The notes below the pieces were generated by a model. The model worked only from the letters and a program-made list of their open reading frames with translations. It was not told where the DNA came from and did no database searches. Source: a bacterium (GTDB lineage: Bacteria; JACRDZ01; JAQUKH01). Taken from it: DNA of 64,000 nucleotides. This document shows, piece after piece, positions 20,567 through 30,100 of the stretch (position 1 is its first letter; every line of letters begins with the position of its first letter). The DNA lies in the NCBI GenBank assembly GCA_040754625.1, contig JBFMCF010000068.1, positions 2,876 through 66,875 on the forward strand, in the 5' to 3' direction. The position numbers were made by a program, and so were the translations under genes.

Positions 20567-20595
20567 TTGACAATCGCGAGGTTTTTTTATAAAAT
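20567..20595 (+). promoter_or_regulatory. Sigma70-type promoter upstream of the leuC-like gene
   Basis: TTGACA (20567-20572), 17-nt spacer, TAAAAT (20590-20595), about 50 nt before ATG 20645. Confidence 0.5.
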
Positions 20596-20644
20596 CAACA
20601 GTTTTAAATGAAAATTAATTAATTGTTTTTTGAAAAGGAGAAAA

Positions 20645-21910
20645 ATGGGAAAAACAATTGCTGAAAAGATATTTAGCAAAAAAGGCGGGCAGGATGTCCA
20701 TGCGAAAGATTTAGTCCTGGCTGAAGTCGATTTTTGCATGGGGCAGGATGGGACATCAGGCATTATTATTGATTCATTCCGTGAAATGGGGGCAAAGAGG
20801 GTTTTTAACCCTAAAAAAACCGCGTTTATAATTGACCACAGCAGTCCCAGCCCCAACATGGGTGTTTCCGCGATCCATAAAAAAATGCGTGATTTCGTCA
20901 ATGAACAGGGGATTATTCTTTATGATATAGGGTGCGGGGTCTGCCATCAGCTTCTTCCGGAAAAAGGCCATATTGTTCCCGGCGACCTTGTTATCGGAGC
21001 GGATTCACATACATGCAGTTACGGCGCGATAAATGTGTTTTCTACAGGCATGGGTTCAACGGATGTCGCGGTTGGTATTATTTCAGGAAAAAATTGGTTC
21101 AGGGTCCCTGAGACAGTTAAGTTTATTTTTAAAAATCAGTTAAAAAATGGTGTTTACTCAAAGGATTTAGCCTTGTTTATAGCGCGCCGGACAGGCGCGG
21201 ACGGTTTGACTTACATGGCGGCGGAATATACAGGGCACGCAATTGATAAACTTTCGGTGGAAGCCAGGTTTACAATCTGCAACATGGCCATTGAGATTGG
21301 TGCGAAGGCGGGAATAATGGACGCAGATGAAAAAGTTATTAATTGGGTTAAAAAAAGAACAAGGAGAAAATTTGTTCCTGTTAAAGCGGACAAAGACGCA
21401 ATTTACGCGGATGTGATGGAGTTTGACGCGGGTAAAATTGTTCCGCAGGTGGCGAAACCGCATGCCGTTGATAATGTTGTTGATATCGATGACGTTAAAC
21501 AGATTGAAATTCAACAGGGTTTGATCGGGACTTGCACAAACGGGCGCCTGGAGGATTTACAGATTGCCGCGTCAATTTTAAAAGGCAAAAAGATAAAAAA
21601 GGGACTTCGTCTTATTATTACGCCCGCGTCCAGGGAAGTGTTTATGGAAGCGATGAAAAAAGGCGTTGTGGCAAGTTTACTTGAATCTGGCGGGACTTTT
21701 GTAACGCCCGGTTGCGGGCCGTGCGTAGGGACGCATAACGGGGTGCCATCGGACGGTGAGCGGGTAATTTCCACGGCAAACCGTAATTTCAAGGGACGAA
21801 TGGGAAACCCGAATTCGGAAATTTATCTTGCGTCCCCGGCGACTGTAGCCGCGTCGATGCTGACAGGAAAAATTACGGACCCGAGAAAATACATTAAGAA
21901 GACCGTTTAA
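20645..21910 (+). CDS. leuC: Aconitase-superfamily dehydratase large subunit (3-isopropylmalate / homoaconitate dehydratase type, LeuC/HacA-like)
   Basis: About 421 aa from ATG 20645, preceded by AAAGGAG. Contains MGKTIAEKIF, the Fe-S ligand region GTCTNGR, and GCGPCVG...ANRNFKGRMG. This is the short archaeal-type architecture. Substrate cannot be read from the sequence alone. Confidence 0.8.
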   Translation: MGKTIAEKIFSKKGGQDVHAKDLVLAEVDFCMGQDGTSGIIIDSFREMGAKRVFNPKKTAFIIDHSSPSPNMGVSAIHKKMRDFVNEQGIILYDIGCGVCHQLLPEKGHIVPGDLVIGADSHTCSYGAINVFSTGMGSTDVAVGIISGKNWFRVPETVKFIFKNQLKNGVYSKDLALFIARRTGADGLTYMAAEYTGHAIDKLSVEARFTICNMAIEIGAKAGIMDADEKVINWVKKRTRRKFVPVKADKDAIYADVMEFDAGKIVPQVAKPHAVDNVVDIDDVKQIEIQQGLIGTCTNGRLEDLQIAASILKGKKIKKGLRLIITPASREVFMEAMKKGVVASLLESGGTFVTPGCGPCVGTHNGVPSDGERVISTANRNFKGRMGNPNSEIYLASPATVAASMLTGKITDPRKYIKKTV

Positions 21911-21948
21911 ACGGTTTGAACGGTTTAAACAGTTTAAACCGTTAAGAC
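21904..21948. repeat. Tandem 9-bp NGTTTAAAC array, copy 2 of 4
   Basis: CGTTTAAAC GGTTTGAAC GGTTTAAAC AGTTTAAAC CGTTAAGAC. The leuC-like stop codon (21908-21910) lies inside the first unit, and the array ends 13 nt before the leuD-like ATG. Confidence 0.85.
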
Positions 21949-21960
21949 ATTGGAGGAATA

Positions 21961-22464
21961 ATGATTTTACAAGGCAAAGCGCGCAGATTCAAGCAGGACG
22001 ATGATATTAACACGGATTATATAATTTCAGGGAGGTATAAATTCAAGATCCAGAAGCCCGAAGATCTGGCGCAATATGTTATGGAAGATTTGGACCCGGA
22101 TTTCAAAAATCGCCGCAAAACGGGAGATTTTATCGTCGCAGGTAAAAATTTCGGATGCGGCTCATCCCGGGAACAGGCGCCGCAGGCAATTAAATACGCC
22201 AAAATAAACGCGGTTATAGCAAAATCCTTCGCGAGAATATTTTACCGCAACAGTTTTAATATCGGGCTTCTTTTGATCGAATGTAACACAGACCAGATAA
22301 AGGAAAATGATGAACTGTTTCTGGACCTTGAAAAAGGCGTTCTGAAGGATGTTACTCAAAATTTGGATATTAAAATAAAACCCCTTCCCGCGATCATGGC
22401 GAAATTGCTGGAAGACGGCGGGATCATTAATCATTTTAAAAAGCACGGGGGATTCAAGCTTTAA
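21961..22464 (+). CDS. leuD: Aconitase-superfamily dehydratase small subunit (LeuD/HacB-like)
   Basis: 167 aa. Contains DINTDYII, GKNFGCGSSREQAPQAIK and SFARIFYRN, the swivel-domain signature. Confidence 0.8.
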   Translation: MILQGKARRFKQDDDINTDYIISGRYKFKIQKPEDLAQYVMEDLDPDFKNRRKTGDFIVAGKNFGCGSSREQAPQAIKYAKINAVIAKSFARIFYRNSFNIGLLLIECNTDQIKENDELFLDLEKGVLKDVTQNLDIKIKPLPAIMAKLLEDGGIINHFKKHGGFKL

Positions 22465-22468
22465 TAAC

Positions 22469-22513
22469 GGTTTAAACCGTTTAAACTGTTTAAACGGTTC
22501 AAACGGTTTGAAA
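22469..22513. repeat. Tandem 9-bp NGTTTAAAC array, copy 3 of 4
   Basis: GGTTTAAAC CGTTTAAAC TGTTTAAAC GGTTCAAAC GGTTTGAAA, starting 4 nt after the leuD-like stop. Confidence 0.85.
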
Positions 22514-22574
22514 GTTGTTTTAAAAATATTCAATGGCTAATTAATAACCAATGAGAGGAAAGACGGGAGAAAAA

Positions 22575-23657
22575 ATGGCATATAGAGTTACATTGATTCC
22601 CGGCGACGGGGTCGGCCCGGAATTGACAGAGCTGACTGTAAAATGTATTGAGGCGACAGGTGTTAAAATAGACTGGGAGGTTGTAGATGCCGGAGAAAAG
22701 GCCTTGAAGTCAGAAGGGACACCCCTTCCCCAAAAGGTGCTGGAGTCTATAAAGAAAAATAGAATAGCTTTTAAAGGTCCTATTACAACGCCGGTTGGAA
22801 CTGGTTTCCGAAGTGTGAATGTAAGTTTGCGCAGGGAGCTCGACCTGTATGCGTGTCTTCGTCCATGCAGGACATATCACGGAGTAAGGTCTAAATACGA
22901 AAATATCGACCTTGTTATTGTCAGGGAAAACACTGAGGATTTATACGCTGGAATAGAATTTGAACAGGGGAAGGAAGCCACATTGGATATTATCAGCCGG
23001 ATAGAAAAACTGAGCGGCGCGAATATCAGGAAGGATTCAGGGATATCAATAAAACCCATATCTGTTTCTGGGACTGAGCGTATTGTAAAATTCGCGTTTG
23101 AATACGCATCAAAAAATAACCGTAAAAAAGTTACCGCGGTCCACAAGGCCAATATTATGAAATACAGCGACGGCTTGTTTTTGTCCATTGCGAGAAAAGT
23201 GGCGGAGAAATACCCCGGCGTAAAATTTGAAGACAGGATAGTGGATAATATGTGCATGCAGCTGGTGCAGAAGCCTGAGCTTTATGATGTGCTGGTACTG
23301 CCGAATTTATACGGAGACATAATATCCGATTTGTGCGCCGGGCTGATCGGTGGATTGGGAGTGGCTCCCGGTGCCAATTTCGGAGACGACATGGTTTTAT
23401 TCGAACCGGTGCACGGCAGCGCCCCGAAATATAAGGGATTAAACAAATCAAATCCGGCCGCGATGATTCTGTCCGGCGTGCTTATGCTGAAATATATGGG
23501 GGAAGGGGCAAGGGCGGATAAACTGGAAAACGCGGTCAGCGAGGTGATCAGAGAAGGCAAGGCTGTGACTTATGACCTGAAAAACAGCCCAGCGGATCCG
23601 GGAGCGGCCGGGTCAAAAGAAATGGCGGATGCCATAATCGGCAAAATAAAAGGATAG
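22575..23657 (+). CDS. NAD(P)-dependent isocitrate/homoisocitrate dehydrogenase (beta-decarboxylating dehydrogenase family)
   Basis: About 360 aa from ATG 22575 ([16 protein letters not shown]). [21 protein letters not shown] carries the S-x-N substrate motif of IDH/HICDH rather than LeuB. Also contains [27 protein letters not shown]. Confidence 0.8.
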   Translation: MAYRVTLIPGDGVGPELTELTVKCIEATGVKIDWEVVDAGEKALKSEGTPLPQKVLESIKKNRIAFKGPITTPVGTGFRSVNVSLRRELDLYACLRPCRTYHGVRSKYENIDLVIVRENTEDLYAGIEFEQGKEATLDIISRIEKLSGANIRKDSGISIKPISVSGTERIVKFAFEYASKNNRKKVTAVHKANIMKYSDGLFLSIARKVAEKYPGVKFEDRIVDNMCMQLVQKPELYDVLVLPNLYGDIISDLCAGLIGGLGVAPGANFGDDMVLFEPVHGSAPKYKGLNKSNPAAMILSGVLMLKYMGEGARADKLENAVSEVIREGKAVTYDLKNSPADPGAAGSKEMADAIIGKIKG

Positions 23658-23690
23658 CCACAGGCGGCATAACGAAAGATTTAGGACAAA

Positions 23691-24959
23691 ATGAAAGACA
23701 GAAAAATATTAAATAAAACTTGTGAAAACAAGATATCAAAACACACAAGAGAATTCACAGAAATTAATAAAGAACTGCTTTTTGAAAAAAACAAGTTTGA
23801 GGCTATCCTCTCGAGTATGGCAGACGGGCTGTTTACAATAGACGATAAATTTTGCATAACCTCTTTTAACCGCGCGGCTGAAGAAATAACGGGTTATAAG
23901 AAAGAAGAAGTGATCGGCAAGCCTTGCAGGTATGTAATTCACGGGGAATTGTGCCATCGTGTTTCCTGCGCGCTTAATAAATCCAGAAAAACAGGAAAAC
24001 CCCATCTTAATGTAAGGACTTTTATCAAAAGCAAGAAAGGCGGGCTTATTTATATTTTAGCCAGCACCTCAGTTTTAAAAGACAAAGACGGAAATTTTAT
24101 CGGCGGGGTAGAAACTTTTCACGATATGACTGAATTGTATAAGATAGAAAGAGAAAAAAACAAATTAATCGCCGAATTGCAGAATATAAATAAGGAACTT
24201 GACCGTCTGAATAAGATAAAGACGGAATTTATTTCAGTGGTATCTCATGAATTACGGACACCTTTGACTGCTATCAAGGGTTATAGTGAATTGCTGAAAA
24301 ACAATAAATATGGAAAAATTACAAACACTCAAAATAAGATATTAAGTTTAGTTATAAAGAAATCCGACCAATTGAATAAACTTATTGTTCAATTGCTTGA
24401 TCTGTCCAGGATTGAACTGGGGAAATTTGAACTTAAAAAAGAACCCGTCGAACTGGACAAAGTAATTGAAAATTCTTTAGAGAATTTTCAGTCTATTATA
24501 AAAGAAAAGCAGATAAAATATAAATTGAATTTACTAAAAGAGCCTGTTTGGGTTATTGGAAATAATTTAAGATTGATTGAAGTTATGGATAATCTTATCG
24601 GAAACGCCGTAAAATTTACCCCCTCTAAAGGCAGGATAACTATCAGTTTTAGAAAATTACAGGGGAATATTGAAGTTTCTGTCCAGGACACGGGACAGGG
24701 TATTCCAAAAGAGGAATTTAACAACATATTCGAGAGTTTTTACCAGATTGATAGTTCATCCACCCGCAAATACGCGGGAACAGGATTGGGTCTCGCTATT
24801 GTAAAACATATTATTAACCGTCATAACGGGAAGATATGGGTTGAAAACGAGTTGAATAAAGGAAGCAAATTTATTTTTACACTTCCTATGGCTGAAAAAG
24901 AAAGTATAGTCAAGATACAAAATATTCTCGGAGGAGAAACAAATAAAAGACGGGTATAA
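23691..24959 (+). CDS. PAS-domain sensor histidine kinase
   Basis: PAS region (FEAILSSMADGLFTIDDKFCITSFNRAAEEITGY), H-box VSHELRTPLTAI, and N/G boxes GNAVKFT, DTGQGI, GTGLGLAIVK. Confidence 0.85.
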   Translation: MKDRKILNKTCENKISKHTREFTEINKELLFEKNKFEAILSSMADGLFTIDDKFCITSFNRAAEEITGYKKEEVIGKPCRYVIHGELCHRVSCALNKSRKTGKPHLNVRTFIKSKKGGLIYILASTSVLKDKDGNFIGGVETFHDMTELYKIEREKNKLIAELQNINKELDRLNKIKTEFISVVSHELRTPLTAIKGYSELLKNNKYGKITNTQNKILSLVIKKSDQLNKLIVQLLDLSRIELGKFELKKEPVELDKVIENSLENFQSIIKEKQIKYKLNLLKEPVWVIGNNLRLIEVMDNLIGNAVKFTPSKGRITISFRKLQGNIEVSVQDTGQGIPKEEFNNIFESFYQIDSSSTRKYAGTGLGLAIVKHIINRHNGKIWVENELNKGSKFIFTLPMAEKESIVKIQNILGGETNKRRV

Positions 24960-24984
24960 TATACGATTAAAGGAGAATAAAAAA

Positions 24985-25926
24985 ATGAAGGACGGGGTAA
25001 AAATCAGTATCATCGGCGCAGGGAATGTGGGGGCAAGTGCGGCCCTTATGTGTTTGATGAAAAATTTAGGAGATGAAATAGTCCTTCTTGATATTGTTCC
25101 GGGTGTCCCACAGGGGAAAGCCATGGATTTAAACCAGTCAGCCTCGGTTTTTGGGTTAAAAGGAAAAATAACCGGGACAAATGATTATGAAGATATTTCG
25201 TGCTCTGATTTAATAGTTGTAACAGCGGGTTTCCCGCGCAAGGAGGGGATGACAAGGTTTGATTTGCTTAAAAAAAACGCGGGTATAGTCCTTGATGTCG
25301 CGGAGAATATCAAAAAATATTCGCCCGGCAGTTTTGTCATACTGACGACAAATCCTCTTGATGTAATGTCCTGCCTTTTCTTTAAAAAATCGGGGTTTTC
25401 TAAAAACAAGGTAATAGGCATGGCTGGGATTTTGGATACGGCGAGGTTTATTTATTACCTGCAGAAGGCCGTGAAAGTTCCCAGAGAAGTAATTTCCACG
25501 GTTGTTCTCGGTGTTCACGGTGAAAACATGGTACCTGTTGAAGAGCACACAAAAGTCAATGAAATTCCCTTGACAAAAATTTTATCGCATGATGAAATAG
25601 AAAAAGTGGTTTTTTCTACAATGCAGGGCGGGGCGGAGATAATAAAAAACCTTAAAACGAGCGCCTATGTGGCCCCTGCTGCAGCGGTGGTACGCATGAT
25701 AGAAGCGATACTTAGAGATAAAAACGAGGTCCTTCCTTGCTCGGTCTATTTAGGTGGAGAATACGGTTATAAGGAAATATTTCTGGGTGTTCCTGTCAGA
25801 CTCGGTAAAAACGGTGTTGAAGAGATAATAAAACTTTCCTTGTCGGAAGAAATCAGAAAAAGACTAGATAAATCTGTGGAAGAAGTAAAAAACGGGATCA
25901 AGGAATTGGAACAAATAATTTTATAA
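24985..25926 (+). CDS. mdh: Malate dehydrogenase (LDH-like MDH family)
   Basis: 313 aa. Contains KISIIGAGNVGAS, VVTAGFPRKEGMTRFDLL (the Arg typical of MDH) and the catalytic LGVHGE. Confidence 0.85.
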   Translation: MKDGVKISIIGAGNVGASAALMCLMKNLGDEIVLLDIVPGVPQGKAMDLNQSASVFGLKGKITGTNDYEDISCSDLIVVTAGFPRKEGMTRFDLLKKNAGIVLDVAENIKKYSPGSFVILTTNPLDVMSCLFFKKSGFSKNKVIGMAGILDTARFIYYLQKAVKVPREVISTVVLGVHGENMVPVEEHTKVNEIPLTKILSHDEIEKVVFSTMQGGAEIIKNLKTSAYVAPAAAVVRMIEAILRDKNEVLPCSVYLGGEYGYKEIFLGVPVRLGKNGVEEIIKLSLSEEIRKRLDKSVEEVKNGIKELEQIIL

Positions 25927-25937
25927 TAAGGGGTAAT

Positions 25938-27146
25938 ATGAAAAAATCTGAATTATTGGAGCTTATAAAACAAGGTGAAAGTTCTACCGTTGAATTTAAA
26001 GAAGAAAATATTTCTCCTGATAAACTTGCACGTGAAATCATAGCCTTTGCAAATAGCGATGGGGGATTTATTTTAATAGGTGTTGATGATAATGGAAAAA
26101 TCAAGGGAATAAAAAAAGATGATATTGAGGAATGGGCAGTAAATATTTGCCGGAATAATTGCAGTCCGTCACTTATTCCCATTTATGAAAAAAATATACT
26201 TGATGGTAAAATTATTGCTGTTATTAAAATCCCAAGGTCAGAGGGTATTATACACAGGTCGTTAGACGGGCACTATTATATTCGGGTCGGCACAACGGTA
26301 AGGGATGCCACTCCTCAGGAACTTGCACGGTTATTTCAGAGATCAAAGGTTGTTCATAATGATATTCTTCCTGTATACGGCGCGTCAATATCAGATATCG
26401 ATGATGCAAGGATAGAGTATTATTTCACGCAAAAATTAAGTATTGACATTAAAACCTACAATGAATCAAAGGAAAGTCTATTGGAGAATATAAAGGTTCT
26501 GATTAAGGTTGACGGAAAAAATTATCTTACAATGGCAGGACTGCTTATTTTTGGAAAATTTCCGGAGAGATTTTTAACCCAGTCAGGAATAATCGCAGTC
26601 AGGTTCAGGGGTAACGAAATGGATTATGATACCCTGGACAGGAGGGAGATTAAAGGGCCGCTTGTAAATCAATATAATGCAGATGGTAATATTTCGTCTC
26701 TTGGCATAATTGATCAGACAATAGATTTTATTAAAAGAAATACATCGGTAACATCCAGATTAGAAGATATAAGAAGGATAGATACCCCCCAGTATCCAAT
26801 TGAACCAATCAGGGAAGGCATTGTCAATGCCATTGCCCACAGGGATTATACAATTTCCGGAGCAAAAATAAGGGTTTTTGTATTTCCTGATAGAATTGAA
26901 ATCTATAGCCCGGGTAAACTTCCGAACACAGTTACAATAGAAAATTTAAAAAGGACTGCCCATTATACCAGAAATCCGGAACTCTATAAATTTCTTGCCC
27001 ATTATGGTTATGCAGATGATATTGGCCTTGGGATACCAAAAAAAATTATAGGAAAAATGAAAGAATATAAATCCAGAGAACCTGAATTTATAGAAAGCGG
27101 TGAAGAATTTGTTGTGACACTTTTTGGTAAAAAGGATAATCCATGA
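25938..27146 (+). CDS. AlbA_2 (Schlafen-like) + HATPase_c_4 protein ('RecG-like transcriptional regulator' family)
   Basis: 402 aa. The N-terminus ELIKQGESSTVEFKEE...AREIIAFANSDGGFILIGVDDNG is the AlbA_2 signature. The C-terminus REGIVNAIAHRDY...IEIYSPGKLP...YTRNPELYKFL matches the HATPase_c_4/wHTH module. Confidence 0.8.
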   Translation: MKKSELLELIKQGESSTVEFKEENISPDKLAREIIAFANSDGGFILIGVDDNGKIKGIKKDDIEEWAVNICRNNCSPSLIPIYEKNILDGKIIAVIKIPRSEGIIHRSLDGHYYIRVGTTVRDATPQELARLFQRSKVVHNDILPVYGASISDIDDARIEYYFTQKLSIDIKTYNESKESLLENIKVLIKVDGKNYLTMAGLLIFGKFPERFLTQSGIIAVRFRGNEMDYDTLDRREIKGPLVNQYNADGNISSLGIIDQTIDFIKRNTSVTSRLEDIRRIDTPQYPIEPIREGIVNAIAHRDYTISGAKIRVFVFPDRIEIYSPGKLPNTVTIENLKRTAHYTRNPELYKFLAHYGYADDIGLGIPKKIIGKMKEYKSREPEFIESGEEFVVTLFGKKDNP

Positions 27147-30100
27147 ATGACCTTTTATGGTGGAAAAGTTTAGAGGATGGGAAAGAATACCTGTTTTCAT
27201 TTCTTTTTATTGACAGGGCTAAGAGTACAAAAGATCCTAAATATTACAATGAAGAACAAGCTTCGAAACGTGCAGAGTTATTTCACAAGGTTGTACAAAA
27301 TATTGCAAATTCATTTAACGGCCGATGTCTCGAATGGCATGGTGACGGCAATGTGATATTTTTTTATACATCGGACGCTTCCAATATTTTTGAAAAGAGC
27401 AATATTCTTTCAAAAAAAGCCGTTGAGGCAGGTCTTTCCATATTTCAGGAATTAATATTACAAAAAGAAGAAGAATTTAAGGAAATAAAGGCGTATATAA
27501 GCATTAATGTTGGAATGCTTGAGTTTAAAAAAGAAATGGGTCGGATAAAAAGCCGCGATCTTGACATCACAGGGCATATGTTAAAGGTATGCCCGGAGGC
27601 AGGTATATTGATTCATGAAGAAGTATATAAAATCCTGACAGACGATTTAAAAGAAAAATTCAGGTATTTAGGCACAACCTCAGAAGATTTTACCCCTGTT
27701 TTTGTATACCCAAGACAAAGAGAAATACCTCATAATAAAATTAATATGTTTATTCCACAAGACAAAGATAAATATAGAGAAAAAGAGTTATTTCTTAATT
27801 TTATAAGGGATAAATATTCAAAAATAATACCAAGGGGATTCCGACAGGAAAATTTAATTTCCGTTAATTTATTTGATATTTATTCACCTTTGAAGGTTAG
27901 GCAAAGATATGAAAAAGAGATAGCAGATTTTTCAAGTATAAAAGATCAGAAAATTATAGAATCGATAAATTTGCCTTCTGACCATCCTATAACACTTTTT
28001 AAAACTGTTGAAAAATCCGCTCCAATTAATATACAGGATGTTGTTAAAAAAAATAATCATTTTATTATTTTAGGTTCTCCAGGAAGTGGTAAATCAACGT
28101 TTATTAAATGGCTCGCATTAACCTGTGTAGCGGGTAAGATAAGCAGTTTTTATGGAATTGGTATATTGGAATCTTTGATTCCTATACCTGTTTCAATAGG
28201 CCATCTTTCAGAAATTTGGCAGGACAATAATAAAAATATAGGAGTTCTTGAGGCGATTAAGATTTATTTTAGCACCCTGAATTATAATATATCAGACTTT
28301 ATTGATGAAGAATTGGAAAACGGGATGGTTATATTCCTTTTTGATGGCTTAGATGAAGTGTTATCTGATATTGATAGAGATGATATTTCTTTATGGCTTG
28401 AAGATTTTGTAAAGAGATATTCAAAAAATCGGTTTGTAATTACAAGTAGAATCGTAGGATTTAAGGGGTTTTTTTTGCAAAGTGATAAGATATATTTAAT
28501 TGAAAATTTAGTTATTAATGAAGCAAAACCAATAATAAAAAAATGGATGACTGCGATTGAATATAGTTTGAATGGCGTAAATGATGTATCAAGAGTAAAT
28601 GCTAATGATGAGGCAGATAGACTTATAAAGATTTTAGAACATAAACCCCAGTTTGAAAAATTTATTTCTAATCCATTTCTTCTTACGTTGACTGTACTTT
28701 TACATAGAAATGAAGCAGAACTCCCAAATTATCGTATCCAGATATTTGAAAGAATGATCCAAACTCTTGTTGAAACATGGCAACAAGCAAGGAGTTTGGG
28801 TGGCATGAGCCTCAGGACTCTTCGGATGGATTTTAGGACAGAAGCAATACCAATTTTATCACCATTAGCTTTATGGATACATAAAAATTTTCCAGCAGGT
28901 ATAGTTCCGGAAGAAGAAATTAAAGAATTTATAAAAGACAAATTAAATGAACTGGGAGTATCTCGTAATGAAATTGATAAAGCAGTTGATAATTTTTTTA
29001 ATAAACTGAGAATTGGTACCGGTCTTCTTGAGGAAAAAGGTAAAGGCCTCTGGGGGTTTATGCATCAATCATTTCAAGAGTATTTATGCAGTATAGAACT
29101 TGTAAGGGATGAATCTTATGAGGCCAATTTTAGAAAATATAATTATGATCCCCGGTGGGAAGAGATTTTTATCCTTGTGGCAGGAGAACTTGGAATAACG
29201 CAGGCAAATACTAAAAAGGTGTCAAAATTTATAGAAATAATTGTGCAAGGCATAAACGATCCAATTAAGGATAAAATTCTTAAAAAAAATATGCTTCTCG
29301 CGGGTAAGTGTTTAGTAAGTAGCGCAAATATAAATATTAAACTGGTAGAAAGGATAATAAATTTTTATAAAGAAAATCTTTTTAGTAGTGATATTAATAA
29401 TTTAAGAAAACGTCTTATTGATATACTTTGTGACATGATGAACATAAAAATTGTTTTTGAAAATATCAGAAATGAAATATCATCTAAATTAAAAATTGAA
29501 GAAAAAAAAGATTTTGCAATTAATGCTATAGGTCATCTTGGCCTAAAAGAGGAATGGGCAATAGAAGCTATAAAAAGAGGATTAAGAGATGATAGTTCAT
29601 GGGTTAGAAATTCCGCGATTGATGCTATAGGTCATCTTGGCCTAAAAGAGGAATGGGCAATAGAAGCCTTAAAAAGCGGACTGGAAGATGATAACCGCTG
29701 GATTCGACGTTATACGATTTATGCAATTGGTAGACTAAGTATAAAAGAGAAATGGGCAATAGAAGCTATAAAAAACGGGTTGCAGGATGCAGATTATTTG
29801 GTTAGAAATTCTGCGATTGATGCTATAGGTTATTTTGATTTAAAAGAGGAGTGGGTAATAGAAGCTATAAAAAATAGATTAAGAGATAGAGATCGATGGA
29901 TTCGGCAATATACAATATATGCAATAGGACGGCTTAATATAAAAGAGGAATGGGCAATAGAAGCTATAAAAGAAGGGCTACAAAATACAGATTATTTGAT
30001 TAGAAATTCAGCAATTGATGCTGTAGGTCATCTTGGTATAAAAGAGGAGTGGGTAATAGAAGCTATAAAAAGCGGATTAAAAGATGATAGAGTTAAACGT

